The position numbers and the translations under genes were made by a program. Shown one piece after another: positions 9,689 to 17,232 of a stretch of 64,000 nucleotides of DNA. Origin of the DNA: Chloroflexota bacterium. Lineage in GTDB: Bacteria > Chloroflexota > UBA6077 > FW602-bin22 > JBCLEL01. Where the stretch lies: NCBI GenBank assembly GCA_963664835.2, contig CAXXUG010000011.1:69434-133433 (forward strand), written 5' to 3'. Below the pieces are notes generated by a model. That model saw only the letters and a program-made list of their open reading frames with translations, did not search any database and had not been told where the DNA came from. The first letter of the stretch is position 1. Each line of letters begins with the position of its first letter.

Positions 9689-12157
9689 ATGGGATCGCCG
9701 CCGCACTCGCTGTGGTCGCGCTCGTTTGAACTCGTCTACTACAATCCTTCGCCGAAATTTCGGGGGCGTACACCCTTCCGCGACCCCGAGGACGATCCGC
9801 TAACCACTGAACAGCGAATAGCCTACCTGGAAGCCTACGCCGATCTGCTGCGGCGAGAGAACGATCTGGGCGACGACTGGCTCTCCTCCGAGGTGGTCAG
9901 CGAAGAGGAAGGGCGCCAGCTGGCCTCGCAGATCAAGGCAAAGCCTCTGCCCCGCAACAGGGGGATAGTTCCGCTTCGCTTCTGGCGTTGGAAGCTGCAA
10001 GGGGCCGAGGAGGACGAGTGGGTGGCGTCCGACTTCGACGACAGCCTGTGGAACGAGCTAGAAGTGCCGACGGTGCTGGATATGGGAAGAGCGATGCTTC
10101 TAAGATGCACAGCCCATATCAGAGCGTCGGAACGAGTGGTGCTGGACATCGAATCTATCCACGACGAGTACGAGCTGTGGGTGAATGGCGAGCCGGTGGC
10201 CCACCACGAAGGCTACGAGCCGCACAGCGTGGATATCACGTCGTACGTAGAGGCAGGACAGGAGAACACATTTGCAATCTGCGTCGCCAAGAAGCCCGGC
10301 TATCAGATCGGAATCGCCGGCTGCATTCAGGTGGTGGGCACTCGCTCGGTCTACATAGAGGATCTGTTCGTGAAGCCGGTCGAGGCGATGGAAGGTCGGC
10401 CGGCACGAGTTCAGATCAACGTGACGGTAAGGAATGTCGGAGATCAGGCCTTCTCCGGGCGGTTGGAGGCCAGGTTCAACAAGTGGTACCCGGAGGAAGA
10501 CGGGGCAGTGGCGTACGAGATGGGGGCGATGGATGTAGAGGCAGGGCCAGGCGAGGCGGTGGAGCTAAGCGAGGAGTGTGTCTGGACGGGAGCGGAGCTG
10601 TGGTGGCCGGAGCGACCACGGTTGTACAGGGTGGAGGCGGTACTGAGATCGGAAGGCAGCGAGCAAATCGACGATTACGTAGACACGGTAGGAATCCGCA
10701 CTATACAGCAACGTGGAGGCAGGTTGTACCTGAACGGCCGGCGGTTCGTGGTGCGCGGTTTCTGCCACAATCTTGGTTTCGCGCCAGGGACAGACTCCCA
10801 CGGTTCGGTGTGTCCGCCGGACGCCTGGATCGTAAGGGACTTCCTGCTAGCGAAGCGCGCCAACGCGAACGGTATCCGGATACATCCATGGGGATTCGCC
10901 CAGCGGCCTGGGCAGTACAACGAATATGGATTCCCAGAATGGCACACCCACACCGATAGCACTAACTACGTTCGGATCGCCGAAATCGCCGACCAGATCG
11001 GCATTTGCCTGACTTGGGTGACCCGCCACTGGACGCTATGGCCATCTGAGTTCCGCAAGCATTACCGCGAAGACGATATGGAAAGGTTGCTGGCGCTTTC
11101 CATCAAGCGGGTGCGGAATCACCCGAGCATCATCTCTTACGAAGGCCTCAACGAGGTAGGATCCGGTATGGGGAGAGGGGTCTTAGGGGTAGAGTTGAGT
11201 CACGCCGAGCAACCCTGGGCGAGCAACTTGACCACACAGGAAATCGAGACGCTGAACCGCCGCTATGAGCAAATCTACAAGGATTTTTGCACCTGCTTTA
11301 TGCGATTAGTTGAGTCGGTAGACGACTCACGCCTAATGTGCCCGGACTCGAAGTGGGGACCCTCATACCAGGAGGACCCGAAGTTTCCTGACGCCCTCCA
11401 GCACCAGGACACTTCAATCTTCACCCTGACTGAGAGTGTTTACTGGGCTACTCACGATAAGCCCGGCTGGTATATGGAGTTCCACGATATTTACGCTAGG
11501 AAAGATCGCGTATTGCCGGACGATCGAGCGCGAGCGGTAATTTGGGATGAGTTTTCGGCGGAAGCGATGCCTGATTGGGAGCGCTATCGAGGCCTGCCGT
11601 GGCGAAGTACCTGGCTGAACAACCACATACCGGTCGGAGTGCACGAGAAGGCGAGGCTTGGGCGGCCGTTGCGGGCCTTGCGCGACTCTGAAGCCCACAT
11701 ATCGCAGGCTTATCAGGGCCTCCACTTCCAGCAGGTGGCTTACTTCGTGCGCGCCAACGGCGGCGACGGTATGCAATATGCGATCATAATCGATGGCTTG
11801 TCGCAGGGTATGTACCACAAGGGTGTATGCGACCTCTACCGGCGCGCCAAGCTGGGGTACTTCGCGGCACGTATGACCTACCAACCCACGTTGGTGACGG
11901 GGATGGACGGCGACTTTGTCCTCTCAGAGGATGATGCCCTGCGTCTGGTCCTGATCAACGATGCGGTCGAGCGCACAGGTAAGCGAGTGAAGGTGAGGAT
12001 TCAGGTCAAGCGCCCAGATGGCGGCCGGGTGGATACCGAGGAACTTGATGCCACCATCGATGCGTCGGGCGTCACTCCGGTAGGAAACTATCGGCCACAG
12101 TTTCCGGCCGCTGGCCTGTATCAGATTGAGTACGTGGTGACGCCCGTCGAGGACTAA
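9689..12157 (+). CDS. GH2-like glycoside hydrolase, tandem copy 1 (both catalytic Glu present)
   Basis: GH2 sugar-binding-domain pattern FDDSLWNELEVP...WVNGEPVAHHEGYEPHSVDIT. RVRNHPSIISYEGLNEVG matches LacZ RDRNHPSVIIWSLGNE (acid/base GAG at 11153-11155). The nucleophile context is IWDEFSAEAM. No signal peptide. Confidence 0.8.
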   Translation: MGSPPHSLWSRSFELVYYNPSPKFRGRTPFRDPEDDPLTTEQRIAYLEAYADLLRRENDLGDDWLSSEVVSEEEGRQLASQIKAKPLPRNRGIVPLRFWRWKLQGAEEDEWVASDFDDSLWNELEVPTVLDMGRAMLLRCTAHIRASERVVLDIESIHDEYELWVNGEPVAHHEGYEPHSVDITSYVEAGQENTFAICVAKKPGYQIGIAGCIQVVGTRSVYIEDLFVKPVEAMEGRPARVQINVTVRNVGDQAFSGRLEARFNKWYPEEDGAVAYEMGAMDVEAGPGEAVELSEECVWTGAELWWPERPRLYRVEAVLRSEGSEQIDDYVDTVGIRTIQQRGGRLYLNGRRFVVRGFCHNLGFAPGTDSHGSVCPPDAWIVRDFLLAKRANANGIRIHPWGFAQRPGQYNEYGFPEWHTHTDSTNYVRIAEIADQIGICLTWVTRHWTLWPSEFRKHYREDDMERLLALSIKRVRNHPSIISYEGLNEVGSGMGRGVLGVELSHAEQPWASNLTTQEIETLNRRYEQIYKDFCTCFMRLVESVDDSRLMCPDSKWGPSYQEDPKFPDALQHQDTSIFTLTESVYWATHDKPGWYMEFHDIYARKDRVLPDDRARAVIWDEFSAEAMPDWERYRGLPWRSTWLNNHIPVGVHEKARLGRPLRALRDSEAHISQAYQGLHFQQVAYFVRANGGDGMQYAIIIDGLSQGMYHKGVCDLYRRAKLGYFAARMTYQPTLVTGMDGDFVLSEDDALRLVLINDAVERTGKRVKVRIQVKRPDGGRVDTEELDATIDASGVTPVGNYRPQFPAAGLYQIEYVVTPVED

Positions 12158-12197
12158 AGGGTCGCTCAATGCGGAAGTTATTGGGGGAAGACAGACG

Positions 12198-14663
12198 ATG
12201 ACTGCTCCGGACGACTTGCTATGGTCACGTTCGTTCGAGCTGGTCTACTACAACCCTGCATCCAAGTTTCGCGGACGCACCCACTTTCGTGACCCCGAGA
12301 ACGATCCGCTAACCACCGAACAGCGAATTGCCTACCTGGATGCCTACGCCGACCTGCTGCGGCGAGAGAACGATCTGGGCGACGACTGGCTCTCCTCCGA
12401 GGTGGTCAGCGAAGAGGAAGGGCGTCAGCTGGCCTCGCAGATCAAGGCAAGGCCGCTGCCCCACAACAGGGAGATAGTTCCGCTTCGCTTCTGGCGGTGG
12501 AAGCTGCAAGGCGCCGAGGAGGACGAGTGGGCGGCGTCCGACTTCGACGACAGCCTCTGGAACGAGCTAGAAGTGCCGACGGTCCTGGATATGGGAAGAG
12601 CGATGCTTCTAAGATGCACAGCCCATATCAGAGCGTCGGAACGAGTGGTGCTGGACATCGAATCGATCCACGACGAGTACGAGCTGTGGGTAAATGGCGA
12701 GTCGGTCGCTCACCACGAAGGCTACGAGCCGCACCAGGTCGACATCACCTACGTAATCCGGCCAGGACAGGAGAATACGATTGCAATCAAGGTTGCCGAG
12801 AAGGAAGGCTACCAGATCGGCATCGCGGGCTGCATCCAGGTGGTGGGCACTCGCTCAGTCTACATAGAGGACCTGTTCGTGAAGCCGGTCGAGGCGATGG
12901 AAGGTCGGCCGGCACGAGTTCAGATTATCGTGACGGTAAGAAATGTCGGAGATCAGGCCTTCTCCGGGCAGTTGGAGGCCAGGTTCAACCGGTGGTTCCC
13001 GGAGGAAGACGGGGCAGTGGCCTACGAGATGGGGGCGATGGAGGTAGAGGTAGGGCCAGGCGAGGCTGTGGAGCTATGCGAAGAGTGCGTCTGGACGGGA
13101 GCGGAGCTGTGGTGGCCGGAGCGACCACGGTTGTACAGGGTGGAGGCGGTACTGAGATCGGAAGGTAGCGAGCAAATCGACGATTACGTAGACACGGTGG
13201 GGATCCGCACCATACAGCAACGTGGAGGCAGGTTGTACCTGAACGGCCGGCGGTTTGTGTGGCGCAGCTTCGGCGACAACCTCGGATTTGCGCCGGGTGC
13301 TGACTCCCACAGCGCTACCTGCCCTCCCGACGCCTGGATCGTAAGGGACTTCCTGCTGGCCAAGCGGGCCAACGCTAACGGCGTGCGTGTCCATCCCTGG
13401 GGTTACGGGGAGAGACCCGGAGAACGCAACGAATATGGATTCCCTGAGTTCAGCGTGCACTCGGATGGTACCAACTACGTTCGGATCGCCGAAATCGCCG
13501 ACCAGATAGGTCTTTGCCTGATCTGGGTGACACGTCACTGGACGCTAGGGGCCTCGGAATTTCGAAGTCACTATCGCGAGGAAGACCTTGAAAGGTTGTT
13601 AGTACCGTCGATCAAGCGGGTGCGGAATCATCCGAGCATCATCTCCTATGAAGGTATGAATGGCGTCGGGGTGAACGTTTTGCGCCGAGCTTTGTGGGTG
13701 CTATTCAGTGACGATCCGCAGCCCTGGCTGGGTCACCTGAATCCGCAGGAAGTAGAGTCTTTAACTCGGCTGCAAGAACGTCGATACATAGAGTATTGTG
13801 CGAGATACATACGGCTGGTCGACTCGGTGGATGATTCACGCCTAGTCTGTCCGGATTCGCATTGGGGGCCCGCTTATCAGGGTAAGACGAGCTGGAATGC
13901 GGTCCAACACAAGAACGAGTCTGTATTCACACTGACTGAGAACGTGTACTGGGACCTCCATGAGGCCCCGGGATGGTACGGTGACTTTGCAGACATGTAC
14001 GCGCATAAGGACCGACTCTTGCCGGATGATCGGACCCGAGCGGTGATTTGGAGCGAGTTCTCGGCCGAGGCGATGCCCGATTGGCAGCGCTACCGTGGGC
14101 TGCCTTGGCGAAACATGTGGATCAACCACGATAGACCTACTGCCGGCATCGAGAAGGCGCGGCTGGGCCGGCATCTGCGGAGACTGCGCGATCCGGAGGT
14201 CCATATATCGCAGGCCTACCAGGGCCTATTCTTCCAACAAGTCGCTAGCTTCATACGCGCGAGAGCGGCCGAGGGGATGAACTGCCAGTTGCTCACCGAC
14301 GGGCTTTCCCAGGGAATGTACCACAAGGGGGTATGCGACCTCTACCGACGCGCCAAGCTGGGATACTTCGCAGCACGTATGACCTACCAACCCACGTTGG
14401 TGACCGGGATGGACGGCGATTTTGTCCTCTCAGAGGATGATGCCCTGCGTCTGGTCCTGATCAACGATGCGGTCGAGCGCGCAGGTCAGCCAGTGAAGGT
14501 GAGGATTCAGGTCAAGCGCCCAGATGGCGGCCGGGTGGATACCAAGGATCTCAATGCTACCATCGATGCGTCGGGCGTCACGCCGGTAGGAAACTATCGG
14601 CCACAGTTTCCGGCCGCTGGCCTGTATCAGATTGAGTACGTGGTAACGCCGGTCGAGAACTAA
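12198..14663 (+). CDS. GH2-like protein, tandem copy 2 (acid/base Glu replaced by Gly)
   Basis: Same architecture as copy 1. The aligned motif reads ISYEGMNGVG (GGC at 13662-13664, the same codon index 489 as in copy 1). The nucleophile context IWSEFSAEAM is retained. Confidence 0.8.
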   Translation: MTAPDDLLWSRSFELVYYNPASKFRGRTHFRDPENDPLTTEQRIAYLDAYADLLRRENDLGDDWLSSEVVSEEEGRQLASQIKARPLPHNREIVPLRFWRWKLQGAEEDEWAASDFDDSLWNELEVPTVLDMGRAMLLRCTAHIRASERVVLDIESIHDEYELWVNGESVAHHEGYEPHQVDITYVIRPGQENTIAIKVAEKEGYQIGIAGCIQVVGTRSVYIEDLFVKPVEAMEGRPARVQIIVTVRNVGDQAFSGQLEARFNRWFPEEDGAVAYEMGAMEVEVGPGEAVELCEECVWTGAELWWPERPRLYRVEAVLRSEGSEQIDDYVDTVGIRTIQQRGGRLYLNGRRFVWRSFGDNLGFAPGADSHSATCPPDAWIVRDFLLAKRANANGVRVHPWGYGERPGERNEYGFPEFSVHSDGTNYVRIAEIADQIGLCLIWVTRHWTLGASEFRSHYREEDLERLLVPSIKRVRNHPSIISYEGMNGVGVNVLRRALWVLFSDDPQPWLGHLNPQEVESLTRLQERRYIEYCARYIRLVDSVDDSRLVCPDSHWGPAYQGKTSWNAVQHKNESVFTLTENVYWDLHEAPGWYGDFADMYAHKDRLLPDDRTRAVIWSEFSAEAMPDWQRYRGLPWRNMWINHDRPTAGIEKARLGRHLRRLRDPEVHISQAYQGLFFQQVASFIRARAAEGMNCQLLTDGLSQGMYHKGVCDLYRRAKLGYFAARMTYQPTLVTGMDGDFVLSEDDALRLVLINDAVERAGQPVKVRIQVKRPDGGRVDTKDLNATIDASGVTPVGNYRPQFPAAGLYQIEYVVTPVEN

Positions 14664-14704
14664 CGAGGGCGCTCAATGCGGAAGTTATTAGGAGAAGACA
14701 GACG

Positions 14705-17188
14705 ATGACTGCTCCGGACGACTTGCTGTGGTCGCGTTCGTTCGAATTGGTCTATTACGATCCTTCAACTAAGTTTCGCGGGCGCACGCACTTCCGTGAC
14801 CCCGAGAACGATCCGCTAACCACCGAACGGCGAATAGCCTACCTAGATGCCTACGCCAATCTGCTGCGGCGAGAGAACAATCTGGGCGACGACTGGCTCT
14901 CATCCGAGGTGGTCGGCGAAGACGAGGCTGAGCAGCTGGCCTCGCAGATCAAGGACAGGCCGCTGCCACGCCAGCGGCAAATCGTCCAGCTTCGCTTCTG
15001 GCGGTGGAAGCTGCAAGGCGCCGAGGAGGACGAGTGGGCGGCGACCGACTTCGACGACAGCCTCTGGAATGAACTGGAAACGCCGACAGTACTGGATATG
15101 GGAAGGGCGATGCTTCTGCGGAGCCGGGAGCACATTGAAACCTCGGAACGAGTGGTGCTCGACATCGAGTCGATCCACGACGAGTACGACCTATGGGTAA
15201 ATGGCGAGTCAGTAGTTCACCACAAAGGGTATGAGCCGCACTCGGTCGACATCACATCGTTCATACGGGCGGGGCAGGAGAATACGTTTGCAATCCGCGT
15301 CGCCAAGAAGCCCGGCTATCAGATTGGAATCGCCGGGCGCATCCAAGTGGTGGGCACTCGCTCGGTCTACATAGAGGATGTGTTTGTGAAGCCGGTCGAG
15401 GCGATGGAAGGTCGGCCGGCCCGAGTTCAGATCATCACGATCGTACGGAATGCCGGCGGTCAGGCTTTCAGTGGTCGACTGGCGGCCCGTTTCTACCGGT
15501 GGTTCCCGGAGGAAGATGGGGCGGTCGCCTATGAGGCGCCATCGATGGAGGTAGAGGTTGGGCCGGGCCAGGCGGTGGAACTGAGCCAGGACTGTGTCTG
15601 GGCGGGAGCGGAGCTGTGGTGGCCGGAGCGGCCCCACTTGTACAAGGTGGAAGCGGTCGTGAACTCAGAACATGGGGAGCAACTCGACGACTATGTAGAC
15701 ACTGTGGGTATCCGAACTATACAGCAACGAGGGGGCAGGATTTACCTGAATGGCAAGCGCTTCGTATTGCGCAGTTTCGGCGATAACCTGGGATTTGCGC
15801 CGAGCGCCGACTCTCATAGCTCGGTGTGTCCGCCTGATGGCTGGATTGTCAGGGACTTCCTGCTGGCCAAGCGGGCAAACGCAAACGGCGTGCGGATTCA
15901 TCCTTGGGGTTACGGTGAAAGACCTGGAGAGTACAACGAACTCGGATTCCCGGAGTGGGGCGATCACACAGACGGCACCAGCTACGTTCGGATTGCCGAG
16001 ATCGCGGACCAGATCGGCCTCTGCCTGATCTGGGTGACTCGACTATGGACGCTGGGAGCCTCGGAATTTCGCAAACATTACGACGAACAAGAGATGGAGC
16101 GATTGCTGCCGCCGTGCATCAAACAGGTGCGGAATCATCCAAGCATAATCTCCCACGAGGGGCTCAACGGAGTTGGGGCGACTATGACGAGCGGAGCCCT
16201 CGGAGTGCTGATGGGAAGTGCCGAGGAGACTTGGTTGAGGAATCTGTCTCCACAGGAAGTCAAGACGCTGAACCATCTTCACGAGCGTCGGTACGAGGAA
16301 TTCTGTGCCAAGTTCATCCAATTGGTCAACTCGGCTGACGGCTCACGGTTGGTCTGTCCAGACTCACATTGGAGCCCAGGGTATCAGGGAGAAGCCCATC
16401 AGGTCACGACGTTTGCGTTATGGGACACGGATGTGGAGGACGAGTCAGCGTTTACCCTGACAGAGAACCTCTACTGGGCCCTCCACGAGTACCCTGGCTG
16501 GTACAGGGATTTCCAGGAAATGTATGCCAGGAAAGACCGTATCATTCCGCACGATAGAGCGCGACCGGTGATATGGACTGAGTTTGCCGCCGAGGCTATG
16601 CCCGATTGGGAGCGCTACCGAGGACTTCCCTGGCGAAATATGTGGATAAACCACGACAGTCCTACGGCTGCGATTGAAAGGGCAAGGCTTGGGCGGCCGT
16701 TGCGGGCCCTGCGCGACTCCGAGGCCCACCTCTCGCAAGCTTACCAGGGCCTGTTCTTCCAGCAGGTAAGCACATTTGGCCGGGTGGTCGGCTGCGATGG
16801 GATGAACTTTCAGCTCATAACCGATGGCTTGTCGCAGGGTATGTATCACAAAGGGGTGTGCGACCTCTACCGGCGCGCCAAGTTGGGATACTTTGCCGCA
16901 CGCATGGCCTATCAACCCACGTTGGTGACCGGGATGGATGGAGACTTTGTCTTCTCAGAGGATGACGCCCTACATCTAGTCCTGGTTAATGATGCGGTGA
17001 AGCGTATAGGGGAACGCGTGAAGGTGCAGGTTAGGGTCAAGCATCCGGAGGGCGGCCTGGTGGATTCTACCGAATTAGATGCTTCCCTCGATGGATCGGG
17101 TATTGTCGAATTGGGAGATTATAGACCGCGTTTCCCGACCGCTGGTCTTTATCAAATCGAGTATACAGTCCTGCCAGGCCAGGGTTGA
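14705..17188 (+). CDS. GH2-like protein, tandem copy 3 (acid/base Glu replaced by Gly)
   Basis: The aligned motif reads ISHEGLNGVG (GGA at 16169-16171, codon 489). The nucleophile context IWTEFAAEAM is retained. Confidence 0.8.
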   Translation: MTAPDDLLWSRSFELVYYDPSTKFRGRTHFRDPENDPLTTERRIAYLDAYANLLRRENNLGDDWLSSEVVGEDEAEQLASQIKDRPLPRQRQIVQLRFWRWKLQGAEEDEWAATDFDDSLWNELETPTVLDMGRAMLLRSREHIETSERVVLDIESIHDEYDLWVNGESVVHHKGYEPHSVDITSFIRAGQENTFAIRVAKKPGYQIGIAGRIQVVGTRSVYIEDVFVKPVEAMEGRPARVQIITIVRNAGGQAFSGRLAARFYRWFPEEDGAVAYEAPSMEVEVGPGQAVELSQDCVWAGAELWWPERPHLYKVEAVVNSEHGEQLDDYVDTVGIRTIQQRGGRIYLNGKRFVLRSFGDNLGFAPSADSHSSVCPPDGWIVRDFLLAKRANANGVRIHPWGYGERPGEYNELGFPEWGDHTDGTSYVRIAEIADQIGLCLIWVTRLWTLGASEFRKHYDEQEMERLLPPCIKQVRNHPSIISHEGLNGVGATMTSGALGVLMGSAEETWLRNLSPQEVKTLNHLHERRYEEFCAKFIQLVNSADGSRLVCPDSHWSPGYQGEAHQVTTFALWDTDVEDESAFTLTENLYWALHEYPGWYRDFQEMYARKDRIIPHDRARPVIWTEFAAEAMPDWERYRGLPWRNMWINHDSPTAAIERARLGRPLRALRDSEAHLSQAYQGLFFQQVSTFGRVVGCDGMNFQLITDGLSQGMYHKGVCDLYRRAKLGYFAARMAYQPTLVTGMDGDFVFSEDDALHLVLVNDAVKRIGERVKVQVRVKHPEGGLVDSTELDASLDGSGIVELGDYRPRFPTAGLYQIEYTVLPGQG

Positions 17189-17232
17189 TGGCCGGGCGCC
17201 GCGACACGAAATCTGCTAACGGAGGATATTCG

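Noticed and set aside
9988-10959. A 323-aa Arg/Gly-rich + strand ORF in an alternative frame inside GH2-like copy 1. A twin lies at 12497-13168 in copy 2, and there are many 60-160-aa antisense ORFs across the array.
   Set aside because: These are shadow ORFs typical of high-GC coding DNA. The composition is low-complexity RG-rich, there is no SD, and they overlap entirely a frame with clear GH2 homology.
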